A DNA stretch of 64,000 bases from positions 182 to 64,181 of the forward strand of contig JBDTTE010000001.1 of assembly GCA_039930785.1 (NCBI GenBank), read 5' to 3'. Below are positions 32,465 through 46,007 of this stretch, in pieces; the first letter of the stretch is position 1; each line of letters opens with the position of its first letter. The notes under the pieces were generated by a model. It had not been told where the DNA came from. It did not search any database and saw only the letters and a program-made list of their open reading frames with translations. Source of the stretch: Betaproteobacteria bacterium. GTDB taxonomy: Bacteria > Pseudomonadota > Gammaproteobacteria > Burkholderiales > JACQAP01. Both the position numbers and the translations under genes were made by a program.

Positions 32465-33244
32465 ATGATCGAAATTGCGCTCCTGTGTGGCTTTGCATTT
32501 GTCGCGGGATTGATCGACGCGGTTGCCGGCGGAGGCGGCCTGATCCAGGTGCCAGCGCTCTTTGCGGTGTATCCGTCCGCACCCCCGCCGTTGCTGCTCG
32601 GAACCAACAAGTTCTCTGCGTTGGCGGGCACCACCCTGGCCACCATTCGTTATGGCGCCTCCGTGCCGATTCCGTGGCGCGCCCTCCTTCCCGCTGCGGG
32701 AGTCGTCGCAGTGGGGGCACTGCTGGGCGCAAAGACGGTGACGCTCGTCGATCCCTCCGTCCTGCGGCCGTTGCTAGTCATCCTGCTTGCGACTATGGCG
32801 GCATATGTTCTTTTACGACCGAACTTCGGGGAGGGCGCCGCGCAGCCGAGAAAACTCGGCGGACTGTTTTTTGTGACGGTGGCGATTTTCGGATTTTACG
32901 ATGGGTTCTTCGGTCCGGGCGCGGGTAGCGTTCTGATGTTTGTACTGGTTCGATTCTTCGGCCATGACTTTCTCCGCGCGGCGATGACCACGAAGGTCCT
33001 CAACTGGACATCGAATTTCAGTGCGCTGGTCATTTTTGCTCTATCGGGAAATGTGCTCTATGCAGCGGCTATTCCCATGGCGCTATTCAATACTGCCGGC
33101 GGATTCATTGGCGCTCATCTGGCAGTTCGACGCGGGCGCAAATTCATTCGTGGCATATTCCTGCTTGTCGTCCTGCTACTTCTAGCGAAACTGGTCGGAG
33201 ACGAACTGAGGCCGCTCTGGGCAATGTTTCACGTGAAACCATAG
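32465..33244 (+). CDS. TauE/SafE-family (DUF81) anion exporter-like membrane protein
   Basis: 259-aa polytopic ORF with GLIDAVAGGGGLIQVPAL near the N-terminus, typical of the family. Confidence 0.8.
   Translation: MIEIALLCGFAFVAGLIDAVAGGGGLIQVPALFAVYPSAPPPLLLGTNKFSALAGTTLATIRYGASVPIPWRALLPAAGVVAVGALLGAKTVTLVDPSVLRPLLVILLATMAAYVLLRPNFGEGAAQPRKLGGLFFVTVAIFGFYDGFFGPGAGSVLMFVLVRFFGHDFLRAAMTTKVLNWTSNFSALVIFALSGNVLYAAAIPMALFNTAGGFIGAHLAVRRGRKFIRGIFLLVVLLLLAKLVGDELRPLWAMFHVKP
33225..33240. other. parS centromere-like site (15 of 16 match to TGTTTCACGTGAAACA)
   Basis: TGTTTCACGTGAAACc read at 33225-33240, a palindrome apart from the last base. It lies inside the last codons of the TauE-family gene, about 2.7 kb upstream of parAB. 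Confidence 0.8.
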
Positions 33245-33325
33245 GTTTTGGGACCGGTAATCGGGTGAATCCGCAGGGACCTTCCGGTATGATCTCGCGC
33301 TCAGTTGATCCAGCTAGCGGCGAAA

Positions 33326-35266
33326 ATGCGAAATTCCAATCAATATGATGTGATCGTCGTGGGTGGCGGGCACGCCGGGACCGAAGCCGCGCTTGCATCG
33401 GCTCGCATGGGATGCCGCACGCTGTTGTTGACGCACAATATCGAAACGTTGGGTCAGATGTCATGCAATCCCTCGATAGGAGGGATCGGAAAAGGACATC
33501 TGGTCAAGGAAATAGACGCGCTCGGGGGCGCTATGGCGGCCGCCACTGACGAAGCCGGCATCCAGTTCCGGATCCTGAATTCCAGCAAAGGTGCCGCGGT
33601 TCGCGCGACCCGCGCCCAGGCCGATCGGGTGTTATATCGCCAGGCCATCCGCCGCCGGCTTGAGCAAAGTGAGAATTTGGCGATCTTCCAGCAAGCCGTG
33701 GACGACCTTATCGTGGAGAACGGAACGATAACAGGCGTCACAACCGAGCTCGGTATCAGCTTTTGCGCACCGACTGTTGTTCTTACGACCGGGACTTTTT
33801 TATCTGGTCTCGTCCATGTTGGGTTGAAGAACTATCAGGCTGGCAGGGCGGGCGATCCCCCGGCAATTCGCCTGGCGCGTCGACTGCGCGAACTGGATTT
33901 GCCGGTGGGACGCTTGAAGACGGGAACGCCGCCTCGCATCGATGGCCGCACGATCGATTATTCCGTAATGACCGAGCAGCCTGGGGACAACCCGCCACCG
34001 GTGTTTTCATTCATGGGTTCGGTTTCCCAGCACCCGCGACAACTGCCTTGCTGGATCACGCATACCAATGAGAAGACCCACGAGATTATCCGTAACGGGC
34101 TAGACCGCTCGCCGATGTTCACCGGCGTCATTGAAGGAATCGGTCCGCGTTACTGCCCGTCGATCGAAGACAAAATAACCCGGTTTGCGGATAAGTCTTC
34201 TCACCAGATCTTTTTGGAACCGGAAGGCCTGACCACCCACGAAGTCTATCCTAACGGGATCTCAACCAGTCTTCCCTACGACGTTCAGATCGACTTGGTT
34301 CGTTCGATAAAAGGCCTTGAAAATGCGCAACTTACGAGGCCCGGCTATGCCATCGAATACGACTATTTCGACCCGCGTGGACTCAAAGCCTCGCTCGAAA
34401 CGAAGCCGATTCGGGGACTGTTCTTTGCGGGCCAGATCAATGGCACGACGGGCTATGAGGAAGCGGCTGCCCAGGGATTGCTCGCCGGGCTAAATGCCGC
34501 GCTACAGGTCCAAGGCAAGCCGTCGTGGTGTCCGCGGCGCGATGAAGCCTATCTCGGCGTGCTTGTCGATGACCTGATTACACGCGGTGTGACCGAGCCG
34601 TACCGCATGTTTACGAGTCGTGCGGAATATCGCCTTAGTCTGCGGGAAGACAATGCGGATCTGCGCCTGACGGAGATCGGCCGAACGCTGGGACTCGTTG
34701 GCGATGTGAGGTGGAAGGCCTTCGAGGAAAAGCGCGCCAGCGTTGGTCTCGAGCGGGCACGCCTGAAGACTACCTGGCTGAGCTCGAAGCTGATGTCGCC
34801 TGAGGATATGCAGGGCAAGTTTGGCCAGATCCTCGATCGCGATTTCACCCTCGAGGAGCTGCTACGCCGTCCCGGTATTCACTATGTCGACCTCGCTGAC
34901 CTCCCAGACGCGGCACCCGGTCTGACGGACCCGAAAGCCGCCGAGCAGGTCGAAATCCAGATCAAGTACGAGGGCTACGTCGACAGGCAGCGCGAGGAAG
35001 TCACGCGCCAGGCGCGCTTCGAGTCAACCAACCTGCCGGTGGACCTCGACTATCGCTCCGTGCGCGGCTTGTCGATCGAGGTCCAGCAAAAGCTCAACAA
35101 GCAACGCCCCGAAACCCTCGGGCAGGCTGCGCGCATATCCGGAATTACGCCTGCGGCGATTTCTCTCCTGCTGGTGCACCTCAAGCGCGGATTTGCCGTC
35201 GCTTCCGCCAACGACGAACGCGTCGGCGCCTTCCAACAGGACGGGCAAACACTATCGAAAAGTTAG
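33326..35266 (+). CDS. mnmG: tRNA uridine 5-carboxymethylaminomethyl modification enzyme MnmG (GidA)
   Basis: ORF track start is 33305. The likely start is the ATG at 33326 ([25 protein letters not shown] motif). Conserved throughout. Confidence 0.96.
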   Translation: MRNSNQYDVIVVGGGHAGTEAALASARMGCRTLLLTHNIETLGQMSCNPSIGGIGKGHLVKEIDALGGAMAAATDEAGIQFRILNSSKGAAVRATRAQADRVLYRQAIRRRLEQSENLAIFQQAVDDLIVENGTITGVTTELGISFCAPTVVLTTGTFLSGLVHVGLKNYQAGRAGDPPAIRLARRLRELDLPVGRLKTGTPPRIDGRTIDYSVMTEQPGDNPPPVFSFMGSVSQHPRQLPCWITHTNEKTHEIIRNGLDRSPMFTGVIEGIGPRYCPSIEDKITRFADKSSHQIFLEPEGLTTHEVYPNGISTSLPYDVQIDLVRSIKGLENAQLTRPGYAIEYDYFDPRGLKASLETKPIRGLFFAGQINGTTGYEEAAAQGLLAGLNAALQVQGKPSWCPRRDEAYLGVLVDDLITRGVTEPYRMFTSRAEYRLSLREDNADLRLTEIGRTLGLVGDVRWKAFEEKRASVGLERARLKTTWLSSKLMSPEDMQGKFGQILDRDFTLEELLRRPGIHYVDLADLPDAAPGLTDPKAAEQVEIQIKYEGYVDRQREEVTRQARFESTNLPVDLDYRSVRGLSIEVQQKLNKQRPETLGQAARISGITPAAISLLLVHLKRGFAVASANDERVGAFQQDGQTLSKS

Positions 35267-35331
35267 CCTCACTGCTGGAGGAGGGCGTCGCGCGCCTGGA
35301 CCTGGAGCTTCCAGAAAAGGCGGCGGCCCAG

Positions 35332-35898
35332 TTGCTCGCGTATCTCGCACTCCTGATCAAGTGGAATCGCATTTACAACCTCACGGCCATTCGCGATGAA
35401 GAGCGGATGGTGAGTCATCACATACTCGACAGCCTTGCTGTGCTGAGGCACTTGCCCGATGGCAGTGTCGTGGATGTAGGCAGCGGTGCGGGCCTGCCCG
35501 GCATTCCCATTGCGATCGCCAGCGTCGGGCGTCCAGTGACCCTGCTGGACTCGAACCATAAAAAGAGCGCATTTCTCAACCAGGTCGTGGCGGAGCTGCG
35601 CTTGCCCGATGTACGCGTGGTGACGGAACGAGTGGAAAACTATCATTCCCGGCAACCGTTCACGACGGTCATATCTCGAGCATTCGCGGAGCTGGCGGAC
35701 TTCGTAAAACTGGCGGGGCATCTCTGCGCTGCGGATGGTGCGCTAATCGCCATGAAGGGGCTTCATCCGGACGCGGAGATCGCGCTACTGCCCTCGCCGT
35801 GGGAAGTAGAGAAGGTTGAGCGTCTCGAAATACCCGGCCTCGAAGCAACGCGTCACCTGATTTTCTTGCGCCAGTCTGCAATTACTGTCACGGCCTGA
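35332..35898 (+). CDS. rsmG: 16S rRNA (guanine527-N7)-methyltransferase RsmG (GidB)
   Basis: 188-aa ORF from a TTG start, with KWNRIYNLTAIRD and VVDVGSGAGLPGIPIAI. The conserved N-terminal helix continues in frame upstream, so the start is probably CTG 35272 or 35275. Confidence 0.88.
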   Translation: MLAYLALLIKWNRIYNLTAIRDEERMVSHHILDSLAVLRHLPDGSVVDVGSGAGLPGIPIAIASVGRPVTLLDSNHKKSAFLNQVVAELRLPDVRVVTERVENYHSRQPFTTVISRAFAELADFVKLAGHLCAADGALIAMKGLHPDAEIALLPSPWEVEKVERLEIPGLEATRHLIFLRQSAITVTA

Positions 35899-35903
35899 CT
35901 CGC

Positions 35904-36668
35904 ATGCCACGAGTGTTAGTAATTACTAACCAAAAAGGTGGGGTCGGCAAGACCACGACGACCATCAATCTCGCGGCGAGTTTGGCGACGGCAGGTCGTC
36001 GGGTGCTGCTGGTCGACCTCGACCCACAAGGCAACGCGACCATGGGGAGCGGCATTGAGAAGCGGGGACTCAAAGCTACGATCTATCAGGTGTTGCTCGG
36101 CGAAGCGCGAATCTCGGCTGTCAGATTGAAAAGTCAGAGTGGGGGATTCGACGTCATTCCTGCGAATCGAGACCTGGCCGGGGCAGAAGTGGAGATGGTC
36201 GATTTGCCCGAGCGCGAAAGCCGGTTGAAGGCAGCGCTGGCCGAAATCAGCGCCGAGTACGATTTCGTGCTGATCGATTGCCCACCGGCATTGAACCTCC
36301 TGACCGTGAACGGGCTATGCGCCGCCGACGCGGTGGTTATTCCGATGCAGTGCGAGTACTACGCGCTGGAGGGATTGAGCGATCTCGTGCAGACGATAAA
36401 AAAGGTGCGCGCCAATCTGAATCCCAATCTGGAGATCGAAGGCCTCTTGCGCACCATGTACGACCCGCGGAATTCGCTCGCGCAGCAGGTATCCGACCAG
36501 CTACAGCAGCATTTCGGCGACAAGGTTTACCGAACCGTCATTCCCCGCAACATTCGTCTCGCGGAGGCGCCGAGTCACGGGCTTCCCGTGCTCGCATTCG
36601 ATCGACAGTCGAAGGGCGCACTGGCTTATCTGGCGCTTGCCGGCGAAATGATCAGTCGCAACGCCTAG
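35904..36668 (+). CDS. parA: Chromosome partitioning ATPase ParA (Soj)
   Basis: 254-aa ORF with the deviant Walker A (VITNQKGGVGKTTT). Confidence 0.95.
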   Translation: MPRVLVITNQKGGVGKTTTTINLAASLATAGRRVLLVDLDPQGNATMGSGIEKRGLKATIYQVLLGEARISAVRLKSQSGGFDVIPANRDLAGAEVEMVDLPERESRLKAALAEISAEYDFVLIDCPPALNLLTVNGLCAADAVVIPMQCEYYALEGLSDLVQTIKKVRANLNPNLEIEGLLRTMYDPRNSLAQQVSDQLQQHFGDKVYRTVIPRNIRLAEAPSHGLPVLAFDRQSKGALAYLALAGEMISRNA

Positions 36669-36672
36669 GAAA

Positions 36673-37548
36673 ATGAAAATGGCAAAACTTAAAGGACTCG
36701 GACGAGGTCTCGACGCACTGCTCTCCCGCGATGAAGAGGTACCCGTAACTTCGAATTCAACGGCAGAGTTGGCGGTCGGCCTGTTGCGGCCTGGCAAATT
36801 CCAGCCGCGCACGCGGATGGATCCCCAGTCGATCGCCGAGCTGGCTGATTCGATCAAGGCGCAGGGGGTCATCCAGCCCGTCCTGGTACGTCCCGTCGAA
36901 AACGGACAGTTCGAGATCATTGCAGGCGAACGGCGCTGGCGTGCCGCGCAACTTGCCGGCCTCACGCAGATTCCCGTCGTGGTGCGCGCCGTGCCGGACA
37001 AGTCCGCGCTTGCAATGGCACTGATCGAGAACATTCAGCGCGAAGACCTGAATCCGCTCGAGGAAGCCACCGGCATTCAGCGCCTGATAAGCGAATTCGA
37101 CATGACGCACGAGGTCGCGGCCGAGGCCGTTGGCCGTTCGCGAAGTGCCGTCACCAACTTGCTGCGACTGTTGAATCTGTCCAAAGCGGTGCAGGAATTG
37201 CTGATGCAGGGCAGGTTGGAGATGGGGCACGCCCGGGCACTGCTGGCCGTTTCCGGTCCGCGGCAGGCTGAACTGGCGCATCAGATCATCAGCCGCAACC
37301 TCTCGGTGCGGGAAGCGGAACACTTGGTGGGACAGCGTGAGTCTTCCGCACCCAAGTCACCGCGCAAAACGGCAAGAAAGGATCGCGATCTGCTGGCGCT
37401 GGAAGAAGAGCTCTCGGATCTGCTGGGAACGACAGTCGCAATGAAGCCCTCGCGCGGGGGAAAAGGCGTCCTGTCAATTGCCTACGCCAGCCTGGATCAG
37501 CTCGATAACTTGCTGTCGCGCTTGCGAGGGACGGGCGGAAGCCGATGA
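36673..37548 (+). CDS. parB: Chromosome partitioning protein ParB (Spo0J)
   Basis: 291-aa ORF with GLGRGLDALL, the GERRWRAA box and an HTH region. Confidence 0.95.
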   Translation: MKMAKLKGLGRGLDALLSRDEEVPVTSNSTAELAVGLLRPGKFQPRTRMDPQSIAELADSIKAQGVIQPVLVRPVENGQFEIIAGERRWRAAQLAGLTQIPVVVRAVPDKSALAMALIENIQREDLNPLEEATGIQRLISEFDMTHEVAAEAVGRSRSAVTNLLRLLNLSKAVQELLMQGRLEMGHARALLAVSGPRQAELAHQIISRNLSVREAEHLVGQRESSAPKSPRKTARKDRDLLALEEELSDLLGTTVAMKPSRGGKGVLSIAYASLDQLDNLLSRLRGTGGSR

Positions 37549-37575
37549 AATCTACGCAAATTATCGGCGCCGGCG

Positions 37576-37605
37576 TTGACCGGGAAACTTGCGGCCGGGT
37601 AGAAT
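37576..37605 (+). promoter_or_regulatory. Putative sigma70 promoter of the atp operon
   Basis: TTGACC (37576-37581), 18-nt spacer, TAGAAT (37600-37605), about 57 bp upstream of atpI. Confidence 0.45.
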
Positions 37606-37662
37606 CCGCAGGTTTTGCGATTCGCCAATCGCCCCGGTTGTAACCTGGTTCAGCGGTAAATC

Positions 37663-38049
37663 ATGCTCTCCCTGCAATCTGCCTGGGCAAATCGTCCGGC
37701 TCGAACGGTCTTGCGCTGGCAGGCCATCCTGACCGGAATCGCGGTCCTGATGGGCGCGTATTTTGCTGGGCTGCACGGCGTGATATCAGCAGGTGCGGGC
37801 GGCGCGATCAGCATGGCGGCGGCAGTTCTATTTGCTTCGATCGCCTCGGTGCGCAGGGGTATTTCCGCGGACGATGTGCTGATCACCGCCTTCAAGGCCG
37901 AAGGCGCGAAACTCGTATTCATAGTGATTGCGCTGTGGCTGGTTATGGCGGCGTACAAGAATGTAGTACCCGTATTTTTGATCGGAACGTTCATCGCGAC
38001 AGTGCTGGTTTCCAGCATGGCATTTTTTGTCGGCGACAAACGGAACTGA
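37663..38049 (+). CDS. atpI: F0F1 ATP synthase subunit I
   Basis: 128-aa hydrophobic ORF, first in the atp operon. Confidence 0.8.
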   Translation: MLSLQSAWANRPARTVLRWQAILTGIAVLMGAYFAGLHGVISAGAGGAISMAAAVLFASIASVRRGISADDVLITAFKAEGAKLVFIVIALWLVMAAYKNVVPVFLIGTFIATVLVSSMAFFVGDKRN

Positions 38050-38084
38050 AGACAAGCGAATAAATAATCGAGTCCCGCAGCACT

Positions 38085-38888
38085 ATGGCCGCCGAACAGC
38101 TCACCCCGACCGAATACATCAATCATCATTTGGCGTTCATGACCAAGCCCCTCGGTTCGGGCGGGTTCTGGAGCATCAACGTCGATTCGCTGGTTGTCTC
38201 CGTCCTCCTCGGCATCATCGGAGTGGGGTTGTTCTGGCTGGTCGCACGCAAGCCCACAGCCGGCGTGCCGGGCAAGCGTCAGGCCTTTGTCGAACTGGCC
38301 TTCGAATTCATAGACGAGCAGGTCAAAGGCATCTTCCACGGCGATCGCCATAAATTCATCGCGCCCGCCGCGTTCACCGTTTTCTTCTGGGTGTTGCTGA
38401 TGAATTCGATGGACTTCCTGCCGGTGGACATCATCGGTTTGGGCACCCATCACATTTCCGAGCACGGCTTCCGCATCGTCCCCACGGCCGACATCAACAC
38501 GACCTTCGCGCTGGCGCTGTCGGTCTGGTTGATGATGATTTACTACTCGATCAAGGTGAAGGGCCTCGGCGGCTGGATCCACGAGTTGTTCTGCACGCCG
38601 TTCGGTTCCAACCCCCTGCTGTGGCCGGCCAATTTCCTGTTCAACCTGGTCGAATACATTTCCAAACCGCTTTCCCACTCGCTGCGGCTGTACGGAAACA
38701 TGTACGCCGGCGAAATCATTTTCCTGCTGCTCTGGCTGTGGGCCGCAACCGGGCTGGTCGGTGTCGTGGCCAGCGTCGTGCTCGGATTGGGCTGGTCGAT
38801 CTTCCACATCCTGATCGTCGTATTGCAGGCTTACATTTTCATGATGCTGACCGTCGTGTACCTGTCGATGGCGCATGAGAGCCATTAA
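38085..38888 (+). CDS. atpB: F0F1 ATP synthase subunit a
   Basis: 267-aa ORF containing [13 protein letters not shown]. Confidence 0.96.
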   Translation: MAAEQLTPTEYINHHLAFMTKPLGSGGFWSINVDSLVVSVLLGIIGVGLFWLVARKPTAGVPGKRQAFVELAFEFIDEQVKGIFHGDRHKFIAPAAFTVFFWVLLMNSMDFLPVDIIGLGTHHISEHGFRIVPTADINTTFALALSVWLMMIYYSIKVKGLGGWIHELFCTPFGSNPLLWPANFLFNLVEYISKPLSHSLRLYGNMYAGEIIFLLLWLWAATGLVGVVASVVLGLGWSIFHILIVVLQAYIFMMLTVVYLSMAHESH

Positions 38889-38900
38889 TTCTTCTGTTAA

Positions 38901-39206
<306 letters not shown>

Positions 39207-39242
39207 AAGCAGCCTGGCTTTGTCCCGATCAGGGAGAGGAAT

Positions 39243-39716
39243 ATGAATCTCAATTTTACGATGGTCGCACAGGGACTCGCGTTCCTGCTGTTCATCGGCT
39301 TCACGATGAAGTTCGTATGGCCGCCGCTGTTGAAGGCCATCGAGGCACGCCAGAAGCAGATCGCGGAAGGTCTCGCGGCGGCTGAGCGCGGCAAGCAGGA
39401 TCTCGAACTCGCTGCGAAGCGCGCGGGTGAGGAACTGCAACGTGCGCGGTTACAGGCTAACGAAATCGTCGCGCAGGCGGAAAAGCGCGGCGCGGCGGTA
39501 GTGGAAGAGGCCAAGGGTGCGGCCAAAGCGGAAGCCGACCGCATCGTCGCGGGGGCAAAAGCCGAGATCGAGCAGGAAGTCTTCCGCGCCAAGGAAGCGC
39601 TGCGCGCCCAGGTATCCGTACTGGCAGTTACCGGCGCCGAGAAAATCCTGCGACGCGAAGTCGACGCCAAGACGCATGCACAATTGCTGTCCGGCCTGGA
39701 AGCGGAGCTCAAGTAG
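39243..39716 (+). CDS. atpF: F0F1 ATP synthase subunit b
   Basis: 157-aa ORF with an N-terminal TM helix followed by a long charged helix. Confidence 0.93.
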   Translation: MNLNFTMVAQGLAFLLFIGFTMKFVWPPLLKAIEARQKQIAEGLAAAERGKQDLELAAKRAGEELQRARLQANEIVAQAEKRGAAVVEEAKGAAKAEADRIVAGAKAEIEQEVFRAKEALRAQVSVLAVTGAEKILRREVDAKTHAQLLSGLEAELK

Positions 39717-39718
39717 CA

Positions 39719-40255
39719 ATGGCTGAACTCGCCACAATCGCCCGTCCTTACGCCGAAGCGGTCTATCGCACCGCAAAGCAGGGCAATGCGCTGCAGGAAT
39801 GGTCCGATGCGCTGGGACTGATCGCCGGCGTCTACAGTGATCCGCAGATGCAGGCGGCGATTGCCAACCCGAAGGTTGGCGCCGCCGACATCGAACGACT
39901 GCTACTCGCCATTTGCGGTGAGCGTGTCAACGCGGTGGCGCGTAACCTGATCCAGTTGCTCGTCCACAATCGCCGGCTCACGGTGGTGCCGGAAATTCGC
40001 GAGATGTTCGAGCAGCTCAAGCTGCAGGACGAAGGCAAGCTGGACGCGAAGATCAGCTCCGCCTATCCGATGGATGACGGCCAGCGCGACCACGTCGTGA
40101 AGATGCTGTCGACGCGCTTCAAGCGAAAAATCAATGCCACCGTGACCGTGGACCCCGAGTTGATCGGCGGTATCAAGGTCGAGGTGGGCGACAAGGTCTG
40201 GGATGCCTCGGTGCGAGGCAAGCTGCAGACCATGGCCGCAACCCTTACGAAATAG
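39719..40255 (+). CDS. atpH: F0F1 ATP synthase subunit delta
   Basis: 178-aa ORF starting ARPYAEAVY, in OSCP position. Confidence 0.93.
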   Translation: MAELATIARPYAEAVYRTAKQGNALQEWSDALGLIAGVYSDPQMQAAIANPKVGAADIERLLLAICGERVNAVARNLIQLLVHNRRLTVVPEIREMFEQLKLQDEGKLDAKISSAYPMDDGQRDHVVKMLSTRFKRKINATVTVDPELIGGIKVEVGDKVWDASVRGKLQTMAATLTK

Positions 40256-40267
40256 GAGTTCCAATCC

Positions 40268-41809
40268 ATGCAGTTGAACCCGTCCGAAATCAGCGAGCTG
40301 ATCAAGAGCAAGATCCAGAATCTCGCGACTTCATCCGAGGTGCGCACGCAGGGCACCGTCGTCTCCGTGACTGACGGCATCTGCCGCATCCACGGCCTCG
40401 CCGATGTGATGCAGGGTGAAATGCTGGAGTTTCCGAATAATACCTTCGGCCTCGCACTGAACCTCGAGCGCGATTCGGTCGGCGCCGTGGTGCTGGGTGA
40501 GTACGAACACATTTCCGAAGGCGATCCGGTCAAGAGCACCGGCCGCATCCTGGAAGTGCCGATCGGCCCGGAATTGCTGGGTCGCGTGGTTGATGCGCTG
40601 GGCCAGCCGATCGATGGCAAGGGTCCGATCAACGCCAAGTTGAACGACGTCATCGAGAAAGTTGCGCCGGGCGTAATCTGGCGCAAATCGGTTTCCCAGC
40701 CGGTGCAGACGGGCCTCAAGGCAATCGACGCAATGGTGCCGGTCGGCCGCGGCCAACGCGAACTGATCATCGGCGATCGCCAGACCGGCAAGACCGCGGT
40801 GGCGATTGATACCATCATCAATCAGAAGGGCAAGGACGTGTTCTGCGTGTACGTCGCAATCGGCCAGAAGGCATCGACCGTTGCGAACGTCGTACGCAAG
40901 CTCGAAGAGCATGGCGCGATGGCCTACACCATCATCGTCGCCGCGACCGCTTCCGAATCCGCAGCCCTGCAATATATCGCGCCGTATTCCGGCTGCACGA
41001 TGGGCGAGTACTTCCGCGATCGTGGACAAGACGCGCTGATCATTTATGACGATTTGACCAAGCAGGCCTGGGCGTATCGCCAGGTGTCTTTGCTGCTGCG
41101 TCGGCCGCCTGGTCGTGAAGCCTATCCCGGCGACGTATTCTATCTCCACTCGCGCCTGCTGGAACGCGCGGCACGCGTGAGCGAAGCCTGGGTCGAGCGC
41201 TTTACCGAAGGCAAGGTCAAGGGCAAGACCGGTTCGCTGACCGCGCTGCCGATCATCGAAACGCAGGCCGGCGACGTCTCGGCGTTCGTGCCGACCAACG
41301 TGATCTCGATCACCGACGGCCAGATTTTTCTGGAAACCGATTTGTTCAACGCCGGCATCCGTCCCGCCATCAACGCGGGCGTGTCAGTGTCCCGCGTGGG
41401 CGGTGCCGCGCAGACTAAAATCATGAAGCGCAAGGACACGGGCGGCGGCGCACGTCTCGCGCTCGCGCAATACCGTGAACTCGCGGCATTCGCGCAGTTC
41501 GCCTCCGACCTGGACGAATCGACGCGCAAGCAACTCGAGCGCGGTCGCATGGTCACCGAGCTGATGAAGCAGCAGCAATACCAGCCGCTGCAGGTCTGGG
41601 AAATGGCGCTGACCCTTTTTGCGGTCAACAACGGCTATTACGACGACGTCGATGTGAAGAAGGCGCTCTCGGCCGAAAAGTCCATGCGTGACTTCATCAA
41701 GACCAAGTTCGCGGCGCTGGCGGGTCGCATGGACAAGGATCTGACCGGCGACGACGAGAAGGCCCTGAACGAGGCGATCAAGGACTGGAAAAAGAACGGG
41801 AGCTACTGA
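40268..41809 (+). CDS. atpA: F0F1 ATP synthase subunit alpha
   Basis: 513-aa ORF with Walker A GDRQTGKT. Confidence 0.98.
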   Translation: MQLNPSEISELIKSKIQNLATSSEVRTQGTVVSVTDGICRIHGLADVMQGEMLEFPNNTFGLALNLERDSVGAVVLGEYEHISEGDPVKSTGRILEVPIGPELLGRVVDALGQPIDGKGPINAKLNDVIEKVAPGVIWRKSVSQPVQTGLKAIDAMVPVGRGQRELIIGDRQTGKTAVAIDTIINQKGKDVFCVYVAIGQKASTVANVVRKLEEHGAMAYTIIVAATASESAALQYIAPYSGCTMGEYFRDRGQDALIIYDDLTKQAWAYRQVSLLLRRPPGREAYPGDVFYLHSRLLERAARVSEAWVERFTEGKVKGKTGSLTALPIIETQAGDVSAFVPTNVISITDGQIFLETDLFNAGIRPAINAGVSVSRVGGAAQTKIMKRKDTGGGARLALAQYRELAAFAQFASDLDESTRKQLERGRMVTELMKQQQYQPLQVWEMALTLFAVNNGYYDDVDVKKALSAEKSMRDFIKTKFAALAGRMDKDLTGDDEKALNEAIKDWKKNGSY

Positions 41810-41877
41810 TCAAGCGGGCGCACGGGTTGTGATCCGCACGCAAACGATGATTCCGTAAACCGAACTTAAAGCACACG

Positions 41878-44212
<2,335 letters not shown>

Positions 44213-44234
44213 GGCGGCTTAAGGGATCCATCAG

Positions 44235-44654
44235 ATGGCCAATACTCTGCACGTCGACGTCGTCAGCGCCGAACAGCACATTTACTCCGGTGAAGCGGAA
44301 TTCGTCGTGCTTCCTGGTGAAGCCGGCGAGCTCGGTATCTACCCGCGCCACACGCCGCTCATCACCCGCATCAAGCCGGGTGCCGTGCGCATCAAGCCCG
44401 CGGGCGGCGGAGAGGAAAACCTCATTTTCGTCGCTGGCGGCATTCTCGAAGTTCAGCCGTCCCTGGTGACGGTGCTGGCGGACACGGCGATCCGCGGCGC
44501 CGACCTGGACGAATCCAAAGCGCTCGAGGCGAAGCAAAAGGCCGAAGAATCGCTGCGCAATGCCAAGGACAAGCAGGAAATCGCCACGGTCGAAGCCGAG
44601 CTGTCGATGCTTGCTGCGCAGCTCGCGGCGATCCGCCGGTTGCGTCGCAAATAA
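44235..44654 (+). CDS. atpC: F0F1 ATP synthase subunit epsilon
   Basis: 139-aa ORF, last gene of the atp operon. Confidence 0.94.
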   Translation: MANTLHVDVVSAEQHIYSGEAEFVVLPGEAGELGIYPRHTPLITRIKPGAVRIKPAGGGEENLIFVAGGILEVQPSLVTVLADTAIRGADLDESKALEAKQKAEESLRNAKDKQEIATVEAELSMLAAQLAAIRRLRRK

Positions 44655-44674
44655 TTCCCGATCGCTTTAACAGC

Positions 44675-44702
44675 AAAGGCGGCCGCGTGCCGCCTTTTTT
44701 GT
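44675..44702 (+). terminator. Rho-independent terminator of the atp operon
   Basis: The stem aaaggcggc / gccgccttt has a cgcgt loop and is followed by a T-run, 20 nt after the atpC stop. Confidence 0.85.
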
Positions 44703-44730
44703 TGCCAGGCTTTTATCGACCTATGCCTCG

Positions 44731-44759
44731 TTGACAACCCCGTACCGGCTCAATAGGCT
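44731..44759 (+). promoter_or_regulatory. Putative sigma70 promoter of the ABC/M20/MdcDE/MatB operon
   Basis: TTGACA (44731-44736), 17-nt spacer, TAGGCT (44754-44759), about 60 bp upstream of the binding-protein ATG. Confidence 0.4.
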
Positions 44760-44820
44760 CATGTCTGCCCGATCATTCCCGTCGAACGCCGAGAAAATCA
44801 CCTGCAACGCGAGGTTCGCA

Positions 44821-45981
44821 ATGTCCCGTACCGAAAAAATACTGGCCTCTGTACTTCTGCTCGCGCTGTCGTGTTCTCCAGCATTCTCCAAAGAAACGGT
44901 GAAGCTCGTCTTCATCGGTCCGCTGACCGGCGGTGTGTCCGCCAACGGCCTGGGCGGACGCAATTCCGCCGACCTCGCAGTAAAACTGCGCAATGCCGAC
45001 GCGAACGCGAAATACACCTACGAACTGGTCGTGCTGGATGACGAATGCAAGCCGAACATCGGCGTGCAAGTCGCGACCAAAGCCGCGGCGGATCGCAAGA
45101 TCGTCGCCGGCGTAACGCACTATTGCTCGGCAGTCGCGATGGGCGCGATCGATGTCTATCACCGCTTCGGCTTGCCGGTCATCGTCTGGGGGGCGGTGCT
45201 CCCCGACATTACCTACGCGAACGACTACAAGGAAGTCCACCGCGTCAACGGCACCATGATCAACCAGAACGAAGTCGCCGCCGAGTTCATGACGGGGTTG
45301 AAGTACAAGAAGTGGGTTGTCATCCACGACACCACGGACTACGGCAAGGGCCACAACAAATACTTTTCCGCCGATCTGCAGAAGCGCGGCGGAACGATAC
45401 TCGGAACCTTCGGCGTCACGGCGGACCAGCAGGACTTCAATGCCGAGCTCACCAAGATCAAGGAACTCAAGCCGGAGGTCATCTACTTCGGCGGACTTAC
45501 GCCGATCGGCGTGCGCATTCGTTCGCAGATGGACAAGCTCGGCATCACCGCAGCGTTTCAGGGCACGTCCGGCATCGTGTCCGACGCCTTCATTGAAGGC
45601 CTCGGCCCGCTCGCCGAAGGCACGCTGGCTTTTCGGGAAGGCGCGCCTGCAGAGAAACTGCCAGGGGGCAAATTTTTTCTCGAGCAATACCAGAAACAAA
45701 ATTACGCAGAAGGGCCCGAGGCCTATGGTGCATTCGCCTATGCTGCAGCGAGCCTGATCATGGATACGGTCGAGAAGGTAGGGCCGGACCGCCAGAAAGT
45801 CATGGCCGAACTCGGGACGGTGAAAGACCACCAATCGATCGTCGGCAAGGTCACGTTCGACGACCATGGCCAGAACATGGTGCCGCTGATCACCAAATTT
45901 GTCGTTCAGGACGGCAAGTGGGTGGTCTGGGAAGATAGCGAATACGCGAAGGGCAAACGCAAGCTGCCACGCGCCCCGTAA
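44821..45981 (+). CDS. ABC transporter periplasmic substrate-binding protein, LivK/LivJ (type I PBP) family
   Basis: ORF track start is 44731. The likely start is the ATG at 44821 (MSRTEKILASVLLLALSCSPAFS signal peptide). Shows a Leu/Ile/Val-binding-protein family pattern. Confidence 0.88.
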   Translation: MSRTEKILASVLLLALSCSPAFSKETVKLVFIGPLTGGVSANGLGGRNSADLAVKLRNADANAKYTYELVVLDDECKPNIGVQVATKAAADRKIVAGVTHYCSAVAMGAIDVYHRFGLPVIVWGAVLPDITYANDYKEVHRVNGTMINQNEVAAEFMTGLKYKKWVVIHDTTDYGKGHNKYFSADLQKRGGTILGTFGVTADQQDFNAELTKIKELKPEVIYFGGLTPIGVRIRSQMDKLGITAAFQGTSGIVSDAFIEGLGPLAEGTLAFREGAPAEKLPGGKFFLEQYQKQNYAEGPEAYGAFAYAAASLIMDTVEKVGPDRQKVMAELGTVKDHQSIVGKVTFDDHGQNMVPLITKFVVQDGKWVVWEDSEYAKGKRKLPRAP

Positions 45982-46007
45982 AGCAACCGGTTCCGGATTC
46001 GTCTGAC

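Noticed and set aside
37650-38885. 411-aa minus-strand ORF
   Set aside because: It is antisense to atpI/atpB. It is a D/H/Q/R-rich translation, while the atp genes on the plus strand are unambiguous.
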